Assembly: GCA_963514005.1 (NCBI GenBank) | Contig: OY740820.1 | Span: 24,056,001-24,120,000 of the forward strand | DNA: 64,000 nt | Origin: Raja brachyura | Taxonomy: Eukaryota | Reading direction: 5' to 3' | In this document: piece after piece, positions 48,536-60,030 of the stretch | How the letters are laid out: every line of letters begins with the position of its first letter | Position numbering within the stretch: the stretch's first letter is position 1 | The notes under the pieces: generated by a model | The model's input: only the letters and a program-made list of their open reading frames with translations | Databases searched by the model: none | What the model was told of the DNA's origin: nothing | Made by a program: the position numbers and the translations under genes

Positions 48536-49180
48536 CTGTGTGGGTGGAGGTAGGTGGACTTTGGCTCACTGTGTGGGTGGGAGTAGGTGAAGCCTGGTTC
48601 ACTGTGTGGGGGGTTAGGTGGACACTGGTTCACTGTGTGGGGGGTTAGGTGGACACTGGTTCACTGTGTGGGGGGTTAGGTGGACACTGGTTCACTGTGT
48701 GGGTGGGGGTAGGTGAAGCCTGGTTCACTGTGTGGGGGGTTAGGTGGACACTGGTTCACTGTGTGGGTGGGGGTAGGTGAAGCCTGGTTCACTGTGTGGG
48801 GGTTAGGTGGACACTGGTTCACTGTGTGGGTGGGGGTATGTGAAGCCTGGTTCACTGTGTGGGGGGTTAGGTGGACACTGGTTCACTGTGTGGTGGGTTA
48901 GGTGGACACTGGTTCACTGTGTGGGGGGTGGTTAGGTGGACACTGGTTCACTGTGTGGGTGGGGGTAGGTGAAGCCTGGTTCACTGTGTGGGTGGGGTTA
49001 GGTGGACACTGGTTCACTGTGTGGGGGGGTTAGGTGGACACTGGTTCACTGTGTGGGGGGGGTTAGGTGGACACTGGTTCACTGTGTGTGGGGGTTAGGT
49101 GGACACTGGTTCACTGTGTGGGGGGGGGGGGTTAGGTGGACACTGGTTCACTGTGGGGGTAGGGTAAGCCTGGTTCACAA
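48536..49180. repeat. G-rich ~31-33-bp minisatellite (~20 copies) abutting the TJP1 proximal promoter
   Basis: Units GGTTAGGTGGACACTGGTTCACTGTGTGGGG and variant GGTAGGTGAAGCCTGGTTCACTGTGTGGGTGGG. Confidence 0.95.
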
Positions 49181-49436
49181 GGTGGATGGAGGTCCCTGCG
49201 TGGACTGTGTGGAGATCATGCAGGGGTATATATAGCGGTGGGGGCGGGCTGACATGCGGACTGCAATGTGATAGGTGGAGGCAGGCGTGGGGGGCGGGAC
49301 CTGTGCGCCAGAGAAAGTTACTGATTGGATGGTGGAGTGCCGGCGACACCAGTTGGCTAGTTCTCCTGTCACTCACCGTGGTCGCTAGGTGCCGGGTAGG
49401 TCCGGGGCCCTGTTGTTGTTTGCCGCCGCTGGGACA

Positions 49437-49547
49437 GCGGACTCACAGTAACTGGGGAACCGCCGCCGGGACCGGATAGCGGGCTCGCAGTGACTGGGGA
49501 ACCGCCGCCGGGACCGGGCAGCGGGCTCGCAGTGACTGGGGAACCGC
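49437..49547. repeat. 42-bp tandem repeat (~2.6 copies) in the TJP1 5'UTR
   Basis: GCGGGCTCGCAGTGACTGGGGAACCGCCGCCGGGACCGG(ATA/GCA) starting at 49437, 49479 and 49521. Confidence 0.9.
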
Positions 49548-49659
49548 AGCGGGCGGGTAACTGGCGCAGACAGATCCTCGCCCGCCTGGGATGTTCGGCT
49601 GGAGCCTGTGAGGAGCGGCGGATTCAGGCCGCGGTTTCTGCTTCAACCAGCAAAACAAG

Positions 49660-49692
49660 ATGTCCGCCCGAGCGGCCGGAGCAGCGGGCAAG
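49660..49692 (+). CDS. TJP1: TJP1 proximal first coding exon
   Basis: ACAAGATG TCC GCC CGA GCG GCC GGA GCA GCG GGC AAG|GTCGGG = MSARAAGAAGK, cf. ZO-1 MSARAAAAK. Confidence 0.9.
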
Positions 49693-52587
49693 GTCGGGGC
49701 CTGAGGCGGGGAGCAGCGGGCCTGGGGCGGGCACCAACGGGCGGGGAGCAGGGGGCCTGAGGCGGGCAAGGTCCTGGGTTAGGGATTGGAGGACGAGGTG
49801 GCAGGCACAGCGCCAACCCTCTTTGGGTCTGGCAGGTTTGGGTGTGTGAGCAGTGAACCCGGGAGTGTGTGAGGCGTCCGGGGTCGGGTGGGCAGCACCC
49901 CCCCCCCCACCCCGCTGGCTGCGGTTCCGACAGCATTGTAGTTGTAAAGTTTAAACTTCACAGCTCGCATCACTTTATTGGATCTTCCTGGTGTTTTTTT
50001 TGCTCGGTATTTGAAAGAGGCGGCGTTGCCGTACACTAGTGAGATTAGAAGTAATTTTAGTGCGATGATGTAACTTTATGGTATGCCTTCGAAACCATGG
50101 AAAGGGTGCGATGAGTATCTCATCAGATGATTCTGCTGCGTAAGTATCTCATCACCATAAAAGTAAAAATCAGATTTATAAAAAGACTTATGAACTGACG
50201 GCAGTTCGAGCGGAGTGAGTTGTATGGTTCCATGACTGAGTTTAATCGCCGGTCCTGTATTCTTTGAGTCTCTTGAATTGTTGTAAGTGACAGAATTGAA
50301 TGTGTCTTATTTGTAGTAGTAAATCCTCAGATGTTGGACGGAAGAGGTGTTTACTATGTTTGTTGGTTGTACTACTGGTTGAAGACGGTGGCTACCTTGA
50401 GCAACAGCGGACGCTCATTTAACCAATTGTGGTGCGAGGGCTTGGTTTTAAACACGGGTGTCCCGACGTGAAAGATGATGCCTCGTCATTTACAACCTGT
50501 ACTGGTTTACTATTTTTACCAAGACCACGAGGGAGAACAGTAGTCAATATTTCTTTAAACAAGGAAGACAAATAACAATTTTAGATTTCGGTAAAGCTTA
50601 ACATTTTTAAACATTAGTTAATTTTCGACAACTGGCTACCAAACTGTTGTAAAATTTCCTGATTCATATGCCGTAATTTAAGAGTGAAGTATTGGAGATT
50701 TGAAATCTGGTTGTTTGTGTTCTTGTTTTTTTTTAAATGTTTATCTAGTTTAGTTAAGGTACTTTGAAGCAGAATCAGTCATGAAGAATAATGGACTCCA
50801 AAAGAATAATCAAAATACACCCTGAAATATTGACCCAGGTGCAATTGCATCGTAGAAATATTTGAATTTAAATATGAACTATAAATAAGTAGGAACGAAT
50901 TGAAGGTCAGATCACTGATAATTTATTCATACTTCTGAGTGTGTTGCACGAGCTTGACTATGATTGACTATGATTCTGCTGATTTGAGAGCTATTGTCTG
51001 TGGGGAGTTGGGAGTAATTTTAAGTGGAGCCGGCCCCAACCTCGAAATTATGGTGGGAAGAGTAGTGATGTGCTTGGGTGTTTCAGCAGTTAAATGAAAA
51101 GTTGTTTGAGTGAGGCAGATTTGCCCCATCTTGCTTTGTAGTTTTTTTACTGCGCTTATTTTTAGATTAGTTACGTTGTTTTAAACAACTAGGGTCTTGA
51201 ACAGACCTGATTTACGAACCAACGCATTAATGAATCATTCTCTTCAATGATAAACTGGATGACTAGTTGATATAGAATTAATGTTGACATTGCAATGCAA
51301 TAATACAGCCCAGTAATGCACTGTTTTGTTCCTGTGCTGATGTCAATCTGAAGGGAGTGAGCCAGAATCAACAAAGTAGTTTGCTTTTAGTGGCTGTGTG
51401 ATTGGGGAGTGAACCTTGTTTTAATGATTTTTAGGTTCCTGTATGTGGAGGTGAATGTCTTGATTCAATGCAGTGACTTGTATACTGGGTTTCTGGGAAA
51501 CTATTCTAGATTGCCAAGGTTTTGTTGAAGCTGATGTATTTTAGTGCTTTGCCTGATTGTACTTGGAATACTGTTTATGGCAGGACTGAGAGCTTTCAGT
51601 AGTGTGAATGTGACCAAATTCTGTAAAGCTGTGTGGGCTGGAAATTCCTTTGTGCAAACATTTGAATACAGTGCAGTCACTGCCCAGTTAGAATTGTTGC
51701 AACTTTTGGGGTAGTTTCCTGGAATTGTTAACAATACATTGTACGTGAGTGAAAATTTACATGCTGCCATTTATGTAAAACAAAATCCTGTATCTGGACA
51801 AGATTCCGTGTGTAAATAAAATGCGTAATGCTGACTAAGGAATGGAGTACGAGGCCTGGAGGGTAGGGTTCACAAAAGGTCAGAGTGAGGGGAGCAGATT
51901 GTTTGTTTATGGAGGAGATTGGAGAAGGAAAAACAACGATTTAAATGGAGGGGCAGGAATTTTAGCATTTGCAACCTTGGGATCTGGTGCTGATCTCCAA
52001 CGGTAGAATTTAGGATGACATAGGTGCCTTGCCCTTTACTGCCACAAGTGAAATTGTTAACAAGCTCACTGCTGGCTTTGGTTTTGTCCTGATCAGCAAC
52101 ATTTTGGAGTAAAAAGCCATTTATCACTGGGATTAGGGAACCTTTAAAGCTGAAGTTCTGCTGCAGTTGTAATAAGCACTTGTTTCTGGGGCCGTTATAT
52201 TTTGCTTGAACCATCTGCAGTTGTAGAACATGGTTGTTAAATTTTAAAGAGTACATGTCCAGAATTGTGGCAGATGGTCTGTCAGAAATCTAAACAGTAT
52301 GTTGTGCATTTGCTGATTTCACATTACAGCAGTTGTTCAATTTTGTTATAAATCAATTAGTGAAATATTTGGGAAGAATTATTTATAGAGTAAGCTTGGT
52401 GACAAATTATTCCCCGAAAGAGGATGTTTTAGTGCTGAAATTGAATTCTACTTCAATACTAAGCTGTGAAAGATACCAAGCTCCTGGTTGGATTTACATC
52501 TGCCATTCGTGTTCAACGGATGTCAATGACAAGAAAGCATTTGTGGACAATTATATTCTTGGGTATTAAATCTGAAAATGTATTAAA

Positions 52588-52847
52588 TATCTCAGTGGTC
52601 ATGCAACATCTCTGGAGGAAAAGGTTAGATGACGTTTTGGGTCAGGACCCTACATCTGGACTTGTGCAATTCCTTTTCCTCTATAGTCGCTATTTGATCC
52701 ATCGAGTTCCTCCAGTGTTTAATATTTGTGAGAGCTTTATTTGACTGATTCTGAAATTGCATGAACCATTAAGTATTATTTCTCTCTCAAGGTACTGGAG
52801 TAAATAGTTCAGCCAAAACTATCCCTCCGAATAACGTGTACCTTTGG
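52588..52847. repeat. ~260-bp local direct duplication, copy 1
   Basis: TATCTCAGTGGTCATGCAACATCTC...AATAACGTGTACCTTTGG recurs at 53686-53947. Confidence 0.92.
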
Positions 52848-53685
52848 GTTTCAGTTTATTTGTTCATCAGGGTTACATTTCAAAATTTTATTTCTTGCGT
52901 CTCATCATTTTCTCAGAATTAAACTTGAATACATTAAGTTCCAGAATAACTTTTGCAGATGTATGCAAGCATTCTATGTTCAAGTTCATATCTTTTCAAC
53001 CATATAATAAAATGAAATTTGTATGTAGAATATGTTCTGTCAGATCTGAGGAAGAAATAATCATTGTATGAATTGGATGTACTTGTGATGTAATCAGTAG
53101 TAACATTTGAAGAAATTGAAATTGCGTTCCTTGGTTGTGATGTGACTTGTTTAAATACGTCAGCTTTAGGGTACATTCTGACATGGGGCAATTTACCCAA
53201 TTATTTATCCTAAATTATCTTAACCCGTAGATATTTTTAAACCATGTGCATCTATTATTTTTGCGGTCTGTGTACAATATTTAGTGATCTGTGCATTCTC
53301 CAAAATAACCACTGGTTTGGAGGGAGAGTTTCATCTTGGTTACAATGCTGAACTGTTAAAATATATCCGTGTGTATATAACATGTGATGTGTTCTATATA
53401 TTATAGCATATTGATGGCCCCATATGTTCCTGTCTTTGTTGGCTATGCTGAACACGTGTTCCAAGGTATCCTGGCATCACTACTCTCTTTCTTGAATTCC
53501 ATAGCTTCCATGATCTTCTCTATGTAATTATAGAAAATAAATATTAACTTGAGACTCCAATCTCCGTGGGTCCACGCACATTTAATGACACTGGAGCATT
53601 AATTATTCTCTCCTTCGTTGCCCTTTTGCTCGTAATATACATTGAATCTATTAGAATTGGCAAATATAGACACACAGTGCTTGAG

Positions 53686-53947
53686 TATCTCAGTGGTCAT
53701 GCAACATCTCTGGAGAAAAAGGTTAGATGACGTTTTGGGTTGGGACCCTACATCAGGACTCGTGCAATTCCTTTTCCATCACAGTCGCTGTTTGATCCAT
53801 CAAGTTCCTCCAGTGTTTAATATTTATGAGAGCTTTATTTGACTCTGATTCTGAAATTGCATGAACCATTAAGTATTATTTCTCTCCCAAGGTTCTGGAA
53901 TATATAGTTCAGCCAAAACTATCCCTCAGAATAACGTGTACCTTTGG
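53686..53947. repeat. ~260-bp local direct duplication, copy 2
   Basis: Highly similar to 52588-52847 with scattered substitutions and a 2-bp indel. Confidence 0.92.
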
Positions 53948-54379
53948 ATAAAACATTGATGCAAAGAGAAATGAACAATGGTTGAGAAGCTTGATTATCC
54001 CATTTTCAAGGACTTCATTGTCCCATTCCTGGTGCATATGACAATTAAATACTTGACACTTGAACTTTAAGACGACTTTGAGTTTTGCTCTCAGTGGCGT
54101 GCCAGAACTGTTAATGCTGAAGTTATAGTTCAGGGAAATTGGCCCAAGTTATAAAGTCAACTATTGGTGGGTCTGTCTGGAGTGTGTAGAATAATAATTA
54201 GACCAGTTGTATCTCTGTGGCAGAGCGTGGATGCATTTTTGGATGTGCATCACCTTGTATGAACTTGCATTCATTTTGGAAGTTTATTTTTTGCAACTTG
54301 AGTGGTTTCTACAACACTCAAAACTAATGTTCCTGGAAAGTTTTCTGTATTTGTATTCCCTACCTTGATGCCAATCCTA

Positions 54380-54592
54380 GAGTGGTGAATCTCTGGAATT
54401 CTCTGCCACAGAAGGTAGTTGAGGCCAGTTCATTGGGAGGGATGTGGCCCTTGTGGTAAAGGAATTAGGGGGTATGGAGAGAAGGCAAGTAAGGGATACT
54501 GAGTTAGATGACCAGTCATGATCATATTGAATGGCGGTGCAGGCTCGAAGGGCCGAATGGCTTACTCCTGCACCTATTTTCTATGTTTCTAT
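54380..54592 (+). mobile_element. CR1 LINE 3' end
   Basis: GTGGTGAATCTCTGGAATTCTCTGCCACAG...CTCCTGCACCTATTTTCTATGTTTCTAT. Confidence 0.85.
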
Positions 54593-55169
54593 CTGCTTGT
54601 GCATTGTCTGTATCCCTCGGTTGCCTGCTTAAAAGATGGTCTGGTATATCAAGACATAAGGAGCTGCACATACTGGTTTAAAAAAAAAAGAGGCGCAAAG
54701 TGCTGGAGTAACTGGTCAGGCAACATCTCTGGAGACCGTGAATAAGTGATGTTTCGGGCTGAGACCCTTCAGTCGGAAGAAGAGATGCTGCCTGACCTGA
54801 GTTATTCCAGCACTTTAGAGCAGAAATGGTTATCTGTATTTGAATTCGAGGCTGAGTACCTGTACTTGAAGAATGTTTGATAAATATTGTAAACTAGTCT
54901 GGTCATTGCCTTGCTCGCTGTCTACATAATTGGTACTGGATGGTGATTCAACACTAGAAGCCGTGACAAAATGGTTCTCTGAGCCTTGGCAGGTGAGAGA
55001 AAATTCAGCTGGTCCAATTGGTGGTGTAGGCGGTAAGCAAAGGTCTGAAGGTCGGACAGCTGGCCGGGCTGCCGACAGACGGGGCCATCACGAGGCGCTG
55101 CTGCTGCTGCACTCCATGGGCTGCACTACGTTGGGACATGTAAGGCAGGGCCAGACGCGGCGCTCTGAC

Positions 55170-55273
55170 CTGACAGTCCCCTCGAACAGAGTAATAGCAG
55201 TCAAATACGGGACAAACCAATTTAGCCCAATATATGGGATGTCCTGGCTAATACGGGACAGTTGGCAACCCTA
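55170..55273. mobile_element. hAT (Tip100-like) DNA transposon terminus
   Basis: Ends in TGGCAACCCTA (reverse complement TAGGGTTGCCA) with subterminal AATACGGGACA repeats; partner TIR not found. Confidence 0.5.
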
Positions 55274-55320
55274 TTCAATTACTTATCCAGGTGCCTCTTC
55301 AATGTGTTAAAAATGTGTGT

Positions 55321-55348
55321 CTGAAGAAGGGTCTCGACCCGAAACGTC
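55321..55348 (+). ncRNA. Minimal hammerhead ribozyme core in Penelope pLTR-derived element (element ~55318-55415)
   Basis: CTGAAGAAGGGTCTCGACCCGAAACGTC. Confidence 0.7.
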
Positions 55349-58300
55349 GACCATCTCCTTCGCCCCTTAGATGCTGCTGCACCTGCTGAGTTTCTCCAGC
55401 TTTTTGGGTAACCCCCCTGCCTCTTCAATGTCTTGTTATTGTAGCCTCTTCCACCTCTGGCAGCTCATTTCAGATCTTTGTGTGAAAAATATACCCCTCG
55501 TGTCAGCTTTAAAACCTCCCTTTCGTCTCAACCTGTGCCCTTTTAGTTTTATACACCGTGTTCTGTGAAAAGGACAGTGGCAATCTGCTATCACTAGCCT
55601 ATCTATATGTCTAATCATTTTATATCCCTCTCATGATGTCTCCTGTGCTCCAGTGAAAAATTGTAGCTCTTAATGTTGGTTGGTTGATTTTACAATGCAA
55701 CCAACGACACGTCTCTTTGGGAGAACACTGTTACTTTTCAACTTGTATAATGTTAGTTTATTTGCTCTGGCATATAACCAACATGAGGATCTAGTGCAAA
55801 TGTATAAAGTCCACATTTCCATTTTAACAATCAATATCGAATAAATGCTGTCAAAAATTTAGTTACATTAAGATGAAGATATTATTGCATTTTGTTTGTG
55901 TGTAGGTTTGTACACGGGGAAATATCAATTTATTTATCTTTTTAAACTTTGACTTTTTAGACTATAACTAAAGGTAGTTATCTTGGTTTAGCACCATTAA
56001 CTGTTTTGCGAATTTTAAACAAAATATTTGTCATACTTTTTCCTGTGGTTTTTAATTGTGTAAGTTGCATAAGAAAGATGTACTCTAACTCTCTTATGTA
56101 GCTACATTAATGTAGCACCTGCTGTATGGGAAGAAGGCAACAACACGAGATTGAAGCTGCATACCTAGATTTGTGTAAAGCCAACAATGCATTTGAAACG
56201 TGAAAACTTAAGCTTATGAGCCTTTTTCTTTGTTTTCAATGCAAATTGAGCGTACAATTGTGTTGTTTCCATTAGTTCTATTGACATTTAAATTTAATTT
56301 CTTGATACTAAAAGGGTAATGTTGCAGAAGAGTTTCTCCCTGGTTCTGCGTGTGGCCGATTTGACAAGGAATTGCTTGTCCATCTCTGCCAGTGGGTGCC
56401 TTGTGGGAAAATGTAGCTGAGACTGACAAACTTAGGAATTAGGCATGAACTAAATGGACAATTTGAAGCATTTTGCATCAGAAGCAGTATTTTTGTGAGA
56501 TTTCAATTGCATCCCTTTTTGGACACATTTTAATTCATCCTTTTGGATTTTCATTTGTTGGGATGATTAACATGGAGGTTGTGTTTGATGGATCAATGGT
56601 TTTATTGCGAGTAACAGTCACTGGAAGGCATTGTCAAGTTGAGCTCATTGCCATTTGCACAAGTACGGCGAGCTGCAGGTACAGTGGCAGCATCACATCT
56701 ATTGTCAGTGGCAGCATTTGTCTATCCTCATGTAGACAAAGGATAGGACATAATATTACAAAATATGGGCAATTTGTAGTATGTGTTTTTCATCTCAATG
56801 GCTGGGGAACTGTTTCTGTGACTTTGCTAATTGTTGATGCTGGGAAATTGGATATTAAGCAGACAACATCAAACCATCCTGTAATAATGATCAGTAACTT
56901 TGTTCTCTGCTGCAATGACTCCTGGACGATGACTACAGGCCGTTTATACCTAGGATTGCCAGCTTCTTGTCACTTTGTGTTGAATTAATAGCAGTTTGGT
57001 GCTGTGGCTGCATATTGGTGGGAGCTAAAGTGAATAGCCCAATCTCACTAACCTCTGCAGCCAACAAAGGAAACATTTTATTCTGTTGTGCAAAAGAAAA
57101 TGCTGAGAATGCACAGTGGGCTTGTTGGCATTTAAATTATGAAAGACGGGTTGTAATGTTTAGATGTTTAACCATTAATCAAAATGACCAGATGGCTGTT
57201 ATTGAACTAATTGCCATTTAGTTCTCAAATACATTTTAAAATGTATGAAAATAAACAGTATGAATTTGTAGTAGTCACCTGACAAAGGACTGTGGTTTAT
57301 TTCTCAGAATTGGTGCCCATCAACGGTATAGACTGTGCCAGTTTATACTGGACAAAGCAGTTGGCATCTGTAAAGAATTTGCTGTCTGACTTCTATAATT
57401 GCACTGGAATTCAATTCCATTTTCAGCATATTGATGGGAAATGAATTAGACTTAAGTTCAGTGATATTTTGTCAAACATGAATTGGGTGTAACTTGCAAA
57501 ACACAGACTAGGTCTGAACCAGCTTGTGAATAAGTACAATTAAATTATCACCTTAGACAATGGTTTCTTTGAAGCAACCAATAATCAGGATAAACCTGAA
57601 AACTTAAACTGATTCAAAATACAAAATGCAATGGTTGTACTTGTCAGTTTTTTAATAGCATGTAAAAATCAAAGTGCATATTTATAGTTCTGGTGCCTGC
57701 CCTTATCAAATGGATCCAATTGATGAGTGTTAGATCAAAGCATCCCATAATTCTACATGTTTTTAGTGAGCAAATATACATTGGTTACAAGTGTAGCAAT
57801 CTTGTTAAAAATGAGAACTTGTGAATGCTGAAATTTATATGCTTTAATCTTTTTCCTTTGGTAAATATTAGTGTGTCAACTAGGTATTATTGGTCCAAAG
57901 CTCCTGATTACCAATGCAAATTCTTCAATTCATGGATGTGGTTTATTGCTGGACTTCTTAACCACTTTAGTTTATTGGACACAATTGCATAAAATGTAAG
58001 CTTCAGTTGGTACTGCACTTACTTTGTATTGTACTCTGCGCATTTATTGTAGATTATATTCTCCGCCCCTACCAAAAACTCAAATGCCTGAATATGTGTG
58101 ATTAAACAACAAAAATAATGATTAGACTTTTGTAAATTGTTCTGGTCTTGCAGGCTGAGGGTTTGTTCCTCATCCATACCTGCATTATTCTGTTTTAAAG
58201 AACAATGGTTAAGCTAACAAAGCCTTAAGGAATCTACGTCACTGAAGACTATGTGCAACAATGGCACCAAGAAGCAATCAGACTGTCATCTAATCGTGAA

Positions 58301-58664
58301 ATTCACATTGTTTTGTAAGTTATACAGTTCATTGGGTGGTATGTTTTTCACATTCAGTATTAGAAATTCTTTCTTATAATTGGAAATATTACTGTGGTTT
58401 ATACATTTCAATTTGAACTGTTTAACTATAACTACACATTGACTGAACACTAGTTTGTTGTGGAGACTGTCTACTATGCAGTAAATTAATAGGTTTAGTA
58501 GAGTGAAAATTTGATTATGTGAGCCTGAGCAGACTATGAGAGCATAAAAATAGAAAAGGAAGAGGCCAGGGTCCCTCCAGGCTGATTTGCAGCAGTCCTC
58601 ATCTCCTCTTCTGTACCAGTTCTACACAAATCTCAATTCCCTGATCCATCCAAAATGTATCTGC

Positions 58665-59718
58665 ATACAAAATGAACTGGCTGGCAGACAGGAACCAAAG
58701 AGTAGGAGTAAACGGTCCTTTTCAGAATGGCAGGCTTGGTGCTGGGACCCCAGCTATTTACAATATATATTAATGATTTGGACGATGGAATTGAATGCTA
58801 CATCTCCAAGTTTGCGGATGACATGAAGCTGGGGGGCAGTGTTAGTTCTGAGGAGGATGCTAGGAAGCTGCAAGGTGTCTTGGATAGGTTGGGTGAGTGG
58901 GCAAATGCATGGCAGATGCAGTATAATGTGGATAAATGTGAGGTTATCCACTTTGGTGGCAAAAACGGGAAAGTAGACTATTATTTGAATGTTGGCCGAT
59001 TAGGAAAAGGGGAGGTGCACCGAGACCTGGGTGTCATGCTACACCAGTCATTGAAAGTAGGCATGCAGGTGCAGTAGGCAGTGAAGAAAGTGAATGGTAT
59101 GTTAGCATTCATAACAAAAGGATTTGAGTATAGGAGCAGGGAGATTCTACTGCAGTTGTACAGGGTCTTGGTGAGACCACACCAAGAGTATTGCGTACAG
59201 TTTTGGTCTCCTAATCTGAGGAAAGACATTCTTGCCATAGAGGGAGTACAGAGAAGCTTCACCAGACTGATTCCTGGGATGGCAGGACTTTCATATAAAG
59301 ATAGACTCTGCATGTACTCGCTAGAATTTAGAAGATTGAGGAGGGTTCTTATAGAAACTTACAAAATTCTTAAGAGGTTAGACAGGCTAAATGCAGGAAG
59401 ATTGTTCCCGATGTTGGGGAAGTCCAGAACAGTTTAAGGATAAAGGGGAAGTCTTGTAGGACCGAGATGAGAAAAACATTTTTCACAAAGTGGTGAATCT
59501 CTGGAATTCTCTGCCACAGGAGGTGGTTGAGGCCAGTTAATTGGCTATATTTAAGAGGGGATTAGATGTGGCCCTTGTGGCTAAGGGGACAGGGGGTATG
59601 GAGAGAAGGCAGGTACGGGATACTGAGTTGGATGATCAGCCATGATCATATTGAATGGTGGTGCAGGCTCAAAGGGCCGAATGGCCTACTCGTGCACCTT
59701 TTTTTTCTATGTTTCTAT
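58665..59718 (+). mobile_element. CR1 LINE, 5'-truncated: RT C-terminal half and 3' UTR
   Basis: VLGPQLFTIYINDLD...ISKFADD.KLGG...WQMQYNVDKCEVIHFG; stop; LYRVLVRPHQEYCVQFWSP; TTCTATGTTTCTAT tail. Confidence 0.95.
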
Positions 59719-59774
59719 AAATGTCAATTTAAATTGTCTTGAACAATCTAGCTTTCACAACCCCATGGATTAGA

Positions 59775-60030
59775 GTTTTAAATCGTGAAGGGAATAGAGT
59801 GAATCACAGAGTATTTCCCAGGATTAAAAAAAACTAGAGAGCATATGTTCCAGGCGAGAGGAGAAAGATTTAGTAGGAACCTGAGAGTGGAGGGTAAGTG
59901 GAATGAGCTGCCAGAAGTAGTTGAGGCAGGTATATTAACAACCTTTAAAAGACATTTGGACAAGTAAGTGGTTACGATAGGTTTGGAAGGATGTGGACAG
60001 GGATGGGATTGGGACTAACTTGGACTGGAC
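59775..60030 (+). mobile_element. Second-family CR1 3' fragment
   Basis: GAGAGGAGAAAGATTTAGTAGGAACCTGAG...GGAATGAGCTGCCAGAAG...TTTAAAAGACATTTGGACAAGTA. Confidence 0.65.

Larger units (their letters stand above)
49220..49930 (+). promoter_or_regulatory. CpG-island promoter of TJP1 proximal isoform
   Basis: GC boxes GGGGCGGG at 49241 and 49291, ATTGG at 49324, TATATATA at 49227; high CpG density. Confidence 0.8.

Noticed and set aside
48536-49180. CRISPR-like array or interstitial telomere
   Set aside because: Units are contiguous with no unique spacers, there are no cas genes and the context is eukaryotic; GGGTTAGG occurs once per unit, not as (TTAGGG)n.
56473-56988. 171-aa plus ORF in the TJP1 intron
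   Set aside because: Non-ATG start, no recognisable domain, not the expected STAMEETAIWEQH exon.
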